The notes beneath the pieces are model-generated. The model saw nothing but the letters and a program-made list of their open reading frames with translations, was not told where the DNA came from and searched no databases. A stretch of 64,000 nt of DNA from Octopus bimaculoides (lineage: Eukaryota), in the NCBI RefSeq assembly GCF_001194135.2, contig NC_068992.1, positions 37,079,360 through 37,143,359 on the forward strand, given 5' to 3'. Shown in pieces: positions 41,113 through 52,900 of this stretch (the stretch's first letter is position 1; each line of letters opens with the position of its first letter). Both the position numbers and the translations under genes were made by a program.

Positions 41113-41440
41113 ACACTGCCTAAGTACCAGTGTTAAGAAATTCAGCTTCTCAGAACTGGAAAGGAGAAAGTTGATTTAAAGACTACCAATCCAAGGCATC
41201 ACTGGAACTGTAAAAATCTGTAAAACTTTCCAGGAGTTTATAATTTAAGTATATATGAGCATGTCTAGCCATGCAACTGTATGCATGAGAATACGTACAT
41301 AAAACAAAAATACAAATCTGCACATGTACATACAAAAATACTCAGTTGGTGTTATTGAAATTCCAATGAAAGAGCCTTGGATCTAGGTTAGAAATCGGCT
41401 CTTTCTCTATTAGCAAGAAATCTTGAAATAAAACTGGATA
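41113..41440 (+). mobile_element. R4/Dong-like LINE, C-terminus and 3' UTR (continuation of 35090-36631)
   Basis: Frame resumes THCLSTSVKKFSF…QGITGTVKICKTFQ; 3' UTR ends at (CA)n. Confidence 0.85.
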
Positions 41441-41441
41441 A

Positions 41442-41474
<33 letters not shown>

Positions 41475-41777
41475 CATGCTTACAAACATAGGATGCAGCA
41501 ATACATACAATGAAGCAACAAGCTACATATTTGGTGTGAATACTATCTCCAACTTTGAAGCCAAAACTATCAGCCCTGTTAAATAACTGGTTAATCATCT
41601 GATGAATTGACTGAAGGAACCTTTTATTCAATATTTTCATTTCAGACTTGAACTTGGTATGAAGAGAATTGCTTCAAAGATCATGGCAGAACACATCAAC
41701 AGAAGGAAAATAGCATGGTAAAAGGTAAACAGATACATTTTAGCAGTAGTTTTAGAAGAAATCATGACTATAAAATG

Positions 41778-42036
41778 TATTATTTACAATGGCTGGATAG
41801 GTGTCCTCACCTTGTTTGATTTTATCACAACATTTCGGCTGATGTACTCTCCAGCCGTCATCAGGTGTTCTGGTGGAATTTCGAACCCAACCCTTTATTT
41901 GACTAATGGGGTACACTGTTCTCATTCCTAAGGTATGTTGCTGGTGTTAATTTTCTGTTGACATTATTTTTCAAGTCCCTACCTAGGTGTGAACTAAGAA
42001 TCCAAGGGTTAGTAGCCCATGCACTAATCTACTATG
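41778..42036 (-). mobile_element. tRNA-headed short element carrying a hammerhead-like motif (left arm of inverted pair)
   Basis: RC ~80% similar to 42063-42326; head tagtagattag…gggctactaaccc…agttcacacct…agggac; hammerhead-like motif at 41826-41867. Confidence 0.7.
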
Positions 42037-42062
42037 TTATATGCTGTGGGCATATAATTTAA

Positions 42063-42326
42063 AAACGTAGTGGATAAGAGTGTGGGCTACTAACATTCGA
42101 GTTCTAAGTTCAATCCCAGGCAGGGACTTAAAAAAAATAATAACAGAAAAATAACATCAGCAACATACCTTAGGAATGAGTATAGTGTACCCCTTTAGTT
42201 AAATAAAGGGTTGGGTTCGAAATCCCACCAGAACACCTGATGAAGGCTGGAGAGTACATCAGCTGAAAGTTGTGACAACAACAAACAAGGTGAGGACACC
42301 TATCTGTCCATTGTAAATAATGTACA
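42063..42326 (+). mobile_element. tRNA-headed short element carrying a hammerhead-like motif (right arm of inverted pair)
   Basis: A box GTAGTGGATAAG, anticodon-arm-like GGGCTACTAAC, B box AGTTCAATCCC; CAC-CTGATGA-A-GGCTG…CAGCT-GAAA-GTT-GTG at 42234-42274. Confidence 0.7.
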
Positions 42327-42899
42327 TAATTCTTCAACTCAAAAATAAAGAATAGTATGAAATGCATTTTGTTTTAGTTATGAACTCAATGATAACTTAT
42401 TTAATTGCTGAAAATGGGTAAAGGAAAATCTTACTGTTAAGTATATGAATAGATTAAACATTAGCACCCAGAGCTAAATTATTTTACAGCAACACAATTG
42501 TGACAGCAAGTAACATTTGTTGAACAGAGGGAGAAAGTTATTGAATGAAATTTATCTCAAGCAGAGGTGAAATCAACTTTATTTCAAACAGTGCAGACAA
42601 ATGGAAGAATGATGCAAGAATACCACATGCTTTCACAGTTAACAACATTCCTACAGCTATACCTTCTATCAGCCAGTCCATATCGTAAGCAAAAACAACT
42701 ACTACTACTATAATAACTAGTAGGTACAACATTTCCGATTATCACATTGCAGTGGTTAATCAGGAATATATATTAATGAAATATGCTTTCATTAGAAAAT
42801 TTCAAGAGAAAACAATTTTAGCTTTAGAATATTCTCTTGAAGAGATTAGTCTAAAAAGTAAACAAATATAAGCAAAAGACCAACGGAAGTAGTATTAAG

Positions 42900-44131
42900 A
42901 GCAACTGATGAAATTGGAGAAGAATATTTACAACCCTCATACTGACTAATTAATGTCTGTTTATATGCCTAGTCAACCACTTGTCACCCATACATGAGAG
43001 GTACTCAGGAAGTAGACAAAACCAAAACAATGGAAAAAGTATTATCATAGGTTTTGAAAACTGAGAGAAAGATTGCTAATTTATGGAAGATAATCAGTCA
43101 TATTTCAATGCTTATTGCATGCAAACAAGCAAATCACTACATACCTCACCAACAAAATGTGAAGAAGAAGATAGAAATAGTATAACAAGAAATCTTGATT
43201 ACAAATTCACCACACTAAAACCGGAAATAAAAGCTGTCAATGAAAAACTCCAACATCAGAAGATAGTAACTGAAAGAAAAATAATTAACATCAAACTTAA
43301 CTAAAAATAAGCAGCAGTTTTCGAAGGCAGAAGAAAAACAATAAATATCATAGAGACTCCTTTCTGACAAGATACAGATTCCTTCAGTAGAAAAATCTGG
43401 AGCAAAGGAGAGTTTAACCAGGATGCTCTGTATCTAGAAGAAATCCAAAGACATTGTCCCTGCTTGACACCCAAGACAGCATCAATACTGACTGTAATTT
43501 GAAAACTTTATAGTGGAAAAGCACCAGGAAAAAACTTGATTGTTAGATACAAGAAGCTGACCTTCTACTCTACAGGTTGATAATGGGGATATTAGCAGAC
43601 CACAAGTGTTAGCTCTGGCAGAAATAAAACAGATCCTCCAAAATAGAACCACTCACATGGCAAAAACAAGGAAGCAGAAGTTTCACATTGATTCAGACAG
43701 CTGTTAAATGTATCTCTTTCGCAACAGGTTTAAAGCACAATATGTTGAAATGCATCCATAGACCAAGTTTGGATGAAAGAAAGAGTACAAATGTCAACAT
43801 AAAGTGAAAGATCAGTGAAAAAGAAAACACCTTCACTGACCTATTGAGAAATTTACAGATACTCTACTCAGATTACAAGTTTACATTTATACCTATAATT
43901 GTTGTGGCACTGCCTCAGCACCAATCTTGAGAAATTAGGGTTCTCAAAACCAGAAAGAAAGTTAATTACAAGATTACAGATACAAACCATCAATGGATTT
44001 GTCAAAATATCGCAAAATATGTAAAACTTTCCAAAAGTTAAGCATATACATACATACGCATATGTCTAGATATGCAACTATATAAAACATAACATACAGA
44101 TTTGCACATGTATAGGCATATAGATACAGCT
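42900..44131 (+). mobile_element. Second R4/Dong-like LINE copy, decayed; 3' UTR interrupted by the hAT element
   Basis: FTFIPIIVVAL…EKLGFSKPERKLITRLQIQTI…CKTFQK; 3' UTR similar to 41240-41375, resuming at 47321 (aaattccaatgaaag). Confidence 0.75.
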
Positions 44132-44139
44132 ATCTAGTG

Positions 44140-47100
44140 CAGTGGTTCTCAAACTGGGGTCCGTGGTCCCCTAGGGAACTGTAAAGCGATTTAAGGGGGA
44201 CTGAAGGAATGCTGAAGTTTCGTGGAAACAAGTGACTTGAGAAAGCCAAGTTTAAAAATTTCAAGACTTTCAGTTTTTCACATGCTATCATCCTTTTTTG
44301 TTGTTGGCCTCAAAGACCCCATGCCACTCTGACACACGCATTTGCTAATCACACTTGTTGTACAAGTGTGACTGGCTGATCGAAAATATGCAGGTATAAC
44401 AGTTGATTGTGCATGCGCTGTCAGTTTTCTATGCTCACATGATTCACCACTCCACTATTGCAATCCACATGTTTACATGTCTCTCGCTACCATTATCTTC
44501 ATCAGTACATGTTCCCGCATGAATTTGCCCTTCGCCAGACATCCATTCTCATCCTGCATGGTGGCTGGACTTTATAAGACATGGTTGTTTTCATGGCAAT
44601 ATGTTCCAACAGAACTGTCTTCTCAATGGTTATTAATTCATGGAGTTTTATCTACAGACAAAACAATGCTCATGTGCACTTTGGATTTCTTCCATAATTA
44701 ATAGTGAGAGGTAAGCTTTATTGTTAATTAGTGCACCCAAAAGCTAGCTACACTAAGGCATATATGCACACCCGTAGTATAAGATAAATGTGAAACAAAT
44801 ATACAATGTAGTTATATTCAATTGGTTTACTGAATTTTATCTTTTTATATAATGCCTCCAAAAAAGTGAGATATGATGAATCTTATTTAAAATTCAGTTT
44901 TACTGTGATAAAGTCTGGTGGAGAAGGAAACCACAGTGTGTCTTGTGCTCCAAGGTCTTGGCATCTACTTCACTAAAGCCCAGCAAGTTAAAGAGGCCCT
45001 TTGAAATGAAGCATCTTAGTTCAATAAAATAAAGATGCTGACTTCTTCAGACATGAAGCCGACAGATTGATGAAATCCAGACTTGATGACATGGGAATGT
45101 TTTCACCAGATATTACTGCTGGTTTGAAAGCATCCTGTGAAATTTCAAAGAAAATAGCTGTTGCCAAAAAACTTCACAATATTGGCAAAGAGTTGACAAT
45201 ATTGGCAAAGGTATCATATCCAATGTGCTAGGAAGTTCTGAACTTCAGAAGCCAAAGCATGTCTCTCTCAAATGATACTGTTAGCAGATGAATATCTGAG
45301 CTGATAACATTCTGTCGCAGTTGATCTCTAAGATTCACAACTCACTTTTGAACATTTTCATGATCCAGCTTCATGAAACAACAGCTGTTGCCAACTTAAC
45401 CCAACTTTGCATCTATCGTTATGTACACCTGGAGGATGAATTCCTGTTTTGCAAAACCCTCAGCACAGAAACAACTACAAGGGAAATATTTAACATAGTG
45501 AACAAGTTTTTTGAGGCACATGATATCAACTGGGACCATATCATTGGCATGTGCACTGATGACGCTCCGGTGATGCTTGGTTGCCATTCCGGTTTTCAGA
45601 CTTTGATGAAAGAAAAATCCCCAGGTAATATAGATACACACTGCACAAGCACTAATGGTAAAAACCATGCCTGATGAGTTAAAAAATGTTCTGAATTAAG
45701 TGATTACAGTAGTGAACATCATCAAAGTGAACACACTCAACTCCCATCTGTTTGCTGAGTTGTGCAAAGAAAGTGATTCTGAATTTGAAACACTTCTGTT
45801 GTACTCAGAAGTGAGATGGCTTTTGAGAGGAAAAATAATATGTCCATGATTTTTTACAAGATGCCAAGCCAGATTTGCATGCCAAATACTCTGATGTTCA
45901 TTTTCTGATCTGCTTGGCATTTTTGGTGGTCATATTCAAGTCAGTGAATCTTTCACTGCAAGAGAAAGATACAACCATGTTTCATTCTCATATAAAACTA
46001 ACTGCTTTTAAAATGAAGCTTGAACTTTGGCACCCAAGGCTAGATAGAAAGAACTTTGCATCATTTCCTCAACTAAACATGTTTATTGATGAAAACAAGC
46101 TTCAAATCGATGACAAAATATTGTTGAACTCATGAAACAACATGTGTCAATACTTGGCAGAGAAATATTCTCTTTATTTTCCTGATCTTCATGACTTTGA
46201 CAAATACTTCTGCTTTATCAGGAACCCCTTTGTACTCTCTGTTAGCAATCTACCTACAGGAGACAATTTAATTCAAGAGCAATTCATTGATTTGATCTAT
46301 GATTGAGATGCAAAATGTTTTTTTCCATAAAATGCACTGTTCTGACTTTTGGATTGAAATGGCATAGTCATATCTTGATGTTGCAAAGATGCCTCTTAAA
46401 GTACTGATGCCATTTCCAACCAACAATGAATGTGAGACCATATTTTCCACTTGCCTTGCCATCAAAACAAAGTCACAAAATTGACTGGATATCACACCAG
46501 AAATGAGGGCTGCCCTCTCCAAAACAGAGCCAAACATAGAAGAGCTGGTTACTTTGCTGTAAATAAAATGACAGATGGTCTGTTTTTGTGAATAAATAAT
46601 TTCTGATATAATTTTTCTTTTGTTGTCATGTTATGTATCAGAGATTCAGGAAAAAGGATGAAAAACCTTCAGGAGAGGAGGAGATGACTGTTTCTACTAA
46701 AATTGTGGTTTTCTGTGCATACTAGTGGTCCAATTAGCAGAAACTTCTGTACATTTTGGGATGCTATTATATTTTTTCTGCTGAAAAAGATCTAAATTGG
46801 TTGAAATGCACCTCTTGGATAATCAATACAAGGAGTGACTGGACAATGGAGAGGAATAGCATCCCAAACATGATGAAAGGGGAAGGTGATGCCAAAAGTC
46901 CAAGAACCACTGTCATGTACAAATATATACTGTAGTTTTCAGTGTATTATCCACAGTTTCTTTCTGCCAAATGGGCATAAATGGGTCTTATGCAGTTGTT
47001 AATAAAGGATGCTCAAGATACTTTTGGACTGCTTTCATTTCTCATTTGTTTTGTAACCAATTGATCAATTGATTCCTCATATTTTCATGTATGTTTATTG

Positions 47101-47312
47101 TATCCCAATGGGGCATTGCCTGGATTAAGTAGTGGTTTTCAGGGTTGCGGGTCTATGGGCAGTGTGGTTCATAGTCCGGAAATTATGCTACACAAATGTA
47201 TGTCATATTTTTCCATGTTGATTATCCTGCATTTTATAGGGGACCATGAATCATCAAAGAAACTATAAGGGGACTAACACATAAAATGTTTTGAAAAGTT
47301 TGAGAACCACTG
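44140..47312 (+). mobile_element. hAT (Buster/Charlie, ZBED5/8-like) DNA transposon, full-length but degenerate
   Basis: 16-bp TIRs CAGTGGTTCTCAAACT; perfect 8-bp TSD ATCTAGTG (44132-44139/47313-47320); BED finger PQCVLC, IQLHETT, GMCTDDAPVMLG, THC, SEVRWL, CETIFS. Confidence 0.95.
46639..46912. mobile_element. Possible hAT-type MITE nested in the hAT 3' region
   Basis: Ends CAGAGATTC…/…GAACCACTG, flanks ttatgtat/tcatgtac (6/8 match), internal inverted repeat tttgggatgctatt/aatagcatcccaaa. Confidence 0.4.
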
Positions 47313-49000
47313 ATCTAGTGGATGCTAAAATTCCAATGAAAGTTACAAACCAGCTCTTTTTCCATTGTCGAGAAATCATCATTATCATTGTAATGTCCAC
47401 TTTTCCATCTTCACATGGGTCAGATAGAATTTGGTGAGGTAGGTCTTCTATAGCTGACTGCCCATCCTGTTGCCAACCCTCAACTGCTTGCAAATAAGGC
47501 AATATTTCCCCATGACCTGTTTTTATGGAAGATTGGAAATGAACCCCATTTGCATGTCAGTGATACTCGTGTTTAGCTATCACCTGATGACAAAGAAAAG
47601 AGACTCAAATACACACACACACACACACACAAATGTGCAGAAATCCATACATATTTGATTAAGTGGGGGGGATCTATTGAGGATCAAGGCATATCAAAAT
47701 AAAGCCCACCACAATTAATGGCTGACCAGAATGATGCAAAGCAGACAGTTAAGTAATTCATTAACAGAATGGAAGGCATCAATGAAGATAAGTTCAATTG
47801 CTTGGTAATCCACACCTTCAATAGCACCCAAAAGTATCCAAAGATAAGTATAAGCATAATAAAAACAGATGAGTGGATTATCTGGTACTGATACAAATGT
47901 TTCATTAAGAGTCTTTATTACAACATAAACATACTACACTCAGTTATGTAGTAAGAACAACATCCATAAGAATATGTATTGTTATGAAACTTTCAACTCA
48001 TCAGGCTCACCAAATATACAAGTAAGCGGTAACATGCTGATTACTCAACAGATCATCAAGTAAATTTCTAAATCAGAATTACCAATACTTATGAAATGTG
48101 AAATGGGTGGGACTATAATATGTTAATCACATGAATAGATAGCAAAATAAGGATGTAAATTATAGAGTAATTAAAAGGCATATCTATTCTAAAGATGTCA
48201 TTATACTTCACAACCTCACTCATAAAGGATGATACTGGCAAAACAAGCTTATGTACCAGCAGATAGCAAGCATCAAGCATAACATTTGACCTCATCAAAA
48301 CATAGTTGAAGACAGTTAACTAACATTGTTCTCAAAAGCCATTTACTTTGTTTAGTACATCCAAGGAATGACATGGTTAATAAATTTCAATATTATTTAT
48401 TCATTTACTTAGTTCTTCTTAATTAAATGCTCTGACTGATTATTGAAGAACTAATAGAATATCAAGGCTAATTCATAGAAAATAATTTGAGAAAAAATCC
48501 AGAGAAAAGTGAAGGTCACAACAAAATTTCAGAGAATTGGGAGGGAAAAGAAGTAGGGAAAGGAAAAATAAAATAATTAATATATAGAAATATCCATAAT
48601 TGAAGTGCCAGCGACCATAACCTACAAATACTTAAACAGAAACAAAGTAAGATAGTTGTAATAGAGAAAGGAGACAACACAGTTGTCAGGAAGATGACAT
48701 TGTCATAAACAAACAAATAAATGTGTATACTAGACTAATGAAAATAATTTAGGCAATAATCAATGTCACCATAAAGATCGAAATATCTAAATTTATGTTA
48801 GGTAAATATCAAAATTTAGAGAGATCAGTTATATAGCTGTAATGAAGTTACAAGTTGAAAGGCTAGAATTAATAGAGAAGGAAAAACAACTTATATTCTC
48901 AATAAAAAGAAAAATGAAAACCATGAATTTCAACATTTCTATCAACCAATATTGTCACATAATTATTGATAAATTAGATCACTACTATAATAATATAAAA

Positions 49001-49705
49001 TTACTCTTTTACTTGTTTCAGTCATTTGACTGTGGCCATGCTGGAGCACCACCTTTAGTCGAGCAAATCGACCCTGGGACTTCTTCTTTGTAAGCCTAGT
49101 ACTTATTCTATCATTCTCTTTTGCCGAACCGCTAAGTGATGGGGACATAAACACACCAGCATCGGTTGTCAAGCAATGCTAGGGAGACAAACACACACAT
49201 GTTGGCACTCCATCGCTTACGACGTTGAGGGTTCCAGTTGATCCGATCAACGGAACAGCCTGCTCGTGAAATTAACGTGCAAGTGGCTGAGCACTCCACA
49301 GACACGTGTACCCTTAATGTAGTTCTCGGGGATATTCAGTGTGACACAGTATGACANNNNNNNNNNNNNNNNNNNNNNNNNNNNNNNNNNNNNNNNNNNN
49401 NNNNNNNNNNNNNNNNNNNNNNNNNNNNNNNNNNNNNNTATTGCGCCTCCACAACACACATATATATATATACATATATACGATGGGCTTCTTTCAGTTT
49501 CCGTCTACCAAATCCACTCACAAGGCTTTGGTCGGCCCGAGGCTATAGTAGAAGACACTTGCCCAAGATGCCAAGCAGTGGGACTGAACGTGGAACCATG
49601 TGGTTGGTAAGCAAGCTACTTACTACACAGCCACTCCTGTGCCTATACAGCCACTCCTGTGCCTATACAGCCACTCCTGTGCCTATACAGCCATTCCTGC
49701 GCCAT
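49001..49705 (-). mobile_element. tRNA-derived SINE (same family as 10806) with a second SINE nested at ~49201-49456 (mostly in the gap)
   Basis: Tail 49001-49200 and head 49478-49705 match the 10806 element; the nested element has head RC gtggaggcgcaa and a different tail. Confidence 0.8.
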
Positions 49706-49906
49706 GTGGAGAGTTTTAAGAAAATGTTAAAAGAACTTATAAGAATTATAAATAATTATATAGGCCAGCAATGTTAATAAATGTTGAAAGAATTTATAGG
49801 ATTATAACAAATTGTAAAGTATTATAAAGGCCATAACTAGGGAGAGTGAAGCAAATATCATAAAGATATCACCTAAAGATAGAAGCAAATTGAATAAATT
49901 ATCATC

Positions 49907-50600
49907 ATCATCATCATCATCGTTTAACGTCCACTTTCCATGCTGGCATGGGTTGGACGATTTGACTGAGGACTGGTTAAACCAGATGGCTACACCAGGC
50001 TCCAATCTGATCTGGCAGAATTTCTACAGCTGGATGCCCTTCCTAACGTCAACCACTCCGAGAGTGTAGTGGGTGCTTTTATGTGCCACCGGCACGAGGG
50101 CCGTTCAGACAGTACTGGCAATGGCCACTCTCAAACGCTGTTTTTTATGTGCCACCTGCACAGGAGCCAGTTCAGCGGCACTGGCAATGACCTAGCTTGA
50201 ATATTGTTTTTCACGTGCTACTGGCACAATTACTAGTAAAGCGACACTGGTAATGATCACACTCAAATGGTGCTTTTTATGTGCCACTGGCATGGGAGCC
50301 AGTCAGTGACCCTGGCAACGATCATGCTCAGATGGTGCTTTTAGCGCTCCACTAGCACAGATGCCAGTCATGTGGTGTTGTCATCGAATTTGATTTTAAT
50401 TTCGATTTCACTTGCCTCAACAGGTCTTCGCAAGCAGAGTTTAGTGTCCAATGAAGGAAAAGTACACATAAGTGGGTTGGTTACACCCCTGGCATAGGCC
50501 ACAGGTTATGGTCTCACTTGGCTTGCCGAGTCTTCTCAAGCACAGCATATTTCCAAAGATCTCAGTCACTAGTCATTGCCTAAAATCAGTCATTGGTTAG
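49907..50600 (-). mobile_element. RTE LINE 3' end with (GAT)n tail
   Basis: RC …DLWKYAVLEKTRQAK* followed by a 3' UTR ending ggacgttaaacgatgatgat. Confidence 0.8.
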
Positions 50601-51842
50601 TCATTAGAACCAAGGGTACACAAAAGTAGCTTAAATATGATCAGTTATACACATATACACACACACACATACACATACATACGCATACATATGGTTATGG
50701 AGCTAGAGGGGATGACAATGATTTTGATGATGATAAATATTAAAGTTTATTCATTTTTAAAGAATACTATTCAGATGAAAATGTAATAACTTTCCCAACA
50801 CAAATCAAACCTCACGCTTCCTCATGGCTGATCAAATAAGTCAACCATTATGCAGTTAGTTTAATACTTACAATTAATGGTTTATGTCTGCATGTTTAGT
50901 GTTTGCTACATCACAGATACACATGACAAACTTCTAGAAAATTTTGTGCAATTCAGCATTACACCAATTAGATGATATATAATGAATCATTGAAAGAATA
51001 AGTGGTGGTGGTGGTAGGGTGGTCATATTAGAAAGTGTGTTGCTTTATATAGAGGCCATTTGAGCAGTAATTCAGTACTCTGTCATCTTAACCATCTTAT
51101 AATATATATCACAAGGAAAACATCAACAACGACAATGGTGAAACTTACAAGATTAAGTCATCTCTTCAATTCCAGAAAAAATATATCCAAGGAGTTCACT
51201 CCATTAATATTTTATTTATTGACCAAACCAAACAACTCCATCATATCCATACAAACGTTAGTCCTACTGAGCACAACATCACACCACCACATCCACTGAC
51301 ATCAAATTTATCCACCATTAACATCACTATCATCACATCTAGGAATTTCACCCATCACCTCACCACTTTCTACATATTTACTATTCACTGATACATATAT
51401 ATATATATATATATGTCACCAAAGACAAATTCTTACCTTGATATCATAGCCAATGCCATGAGCTCGGCACATTTGGAAAAATACACTGTAGTGGATGATT
51501 GATAAATTTGAATGATACAACTTTGTACTCAACACACCGTACCGGTAGTGCTTCTGAAAATCAATTATAGAATATTTTAGAAATTTCTTACAGCAAGCAG
51601 TGATAAATAAGTTATATTTTCATAAACATATTACTCAGTTTTTAGCAACTATAAATTTAAGGCAGTGTGTTTCACTTCAGTCAAGTTAGCATACCAATCC
51701 TGCATGTGTACACATACATCCAGAAAGATATGCATGCATACATGTGCATATTTTAGTTACAAATCTATATGCATGTATAAGTGTGTGTGTTAGTTAATGT
51801 AGTTAATGTACATCATAAATACAATATCTTTATTTAAGTACA

Positions 51843-52410
51843 TATTAGTCATCGCATAGGTTCTGTCCAATTTTACCTTTTTAAAATTGAATGAAATTTA
51901 TAGTATTTTAGAATGTCTAATGGAATTAAAAATTATTTAAATGCATTTATGTACATTTACACTAATTAAATACTATTTTACAGAATGATAGAATTAAAAT
52001 TTCTTAGATTAAAACCCTTTCTAACATGGAAGTATCCAAAGTGCATTTGAGACATAATGCTTTATGAGTACAAAAAAGGAAACTCTACAGCTGAAGCAAC
52101 TCGAAACATACACTCAGTTTATGGAACTTGCAGAAGATGGTTTGAAAAATTCAGAAGTGGAGATTTCAGCCTTGAAGATGAAGATTGAACAGGTTGTCTG
52201 GTTGAGTTTGATGATAAACTCCTTGAGGCATTACTTGAAGAAAATTCTGCATTATCAGCTGAAGAATTGGCGATAAAGCTTAGTTCAAACCATACAACTG
52301 TTCATCATCATCTTCAACAACTTGGAAAATGAGTGCCTCATGAATTGTCCAAAAGCAACCACAAATCCCGCATTGACATCTGCTCTTCTCTCCATTCTTG
52401 CGAACTCATT
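51843..52410 (+). mobile_element. Mariner 5' fragment
   Basis: TIR-like TATTAGTCATCGCATAGG; MEVSKVHLRH.MLYEYKKGNSTAEATRNIHSVYG; similar to 28582 ORF. Confidence 0.8.
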
Positions 52411-52496
52411 TCACCCTAGATGCACACATGTATCACACAAACACTCATATGTATGTATATTTGTATGTATCATGAATGTATGTGTATATGTATGTA

Positions 52497-52690
52497 TCAT
52501 CATCATCATTTAACGTCCATTTTTCATGCTGGCATGGGTTGGACGGTTTGACTGGTACTGACTGGCTGAAGGGCTGTTCAGGCTTCAATGTCAGTTTTGG
52601 CATGGTTTCTATGGCTAGATATACTTCCTAATGCCAACCACTTTACAGAGTGTACTGGGTGCTTTTATGCAGTACTGGCACAGGTGTTTT
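52497..52690 (-). mobile_element. RTE-type 3' tail
   Basis: Similar to 49907-50100. Confidence 0.75.
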
Positions 52691-52703
52691 TTATATATGT
52701 ATA

Positions 52704-52705
52704 TT

Positions 52706-52755
<50 letters not shown>

Positions 52756-52829
52756 TACCACCACCACCACCACCACCACCACCATCACCACCACTACCAC
52801 CACCACCATCATCCTCATCATCATTATTG

Positions 52830-52900
<71 letters not shown>
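52704..52900. repeat. Compound (CAT)n(CAC)n(TAT)n microsatellite
   Basis: Trinucleotide array with unit switching. Confidence 0.97.

Noticed and set aside
42066-42127. Functional tRNA gene
   Set aside because: Acceptor and T stems do not pair properly; it is a tRNA-derived head embedded in a repeat
46898-46920. First candidate right end of the hAT element
   Set aside because: The flank does not match the left TSD; the true end with a perfect TSD is at 47312
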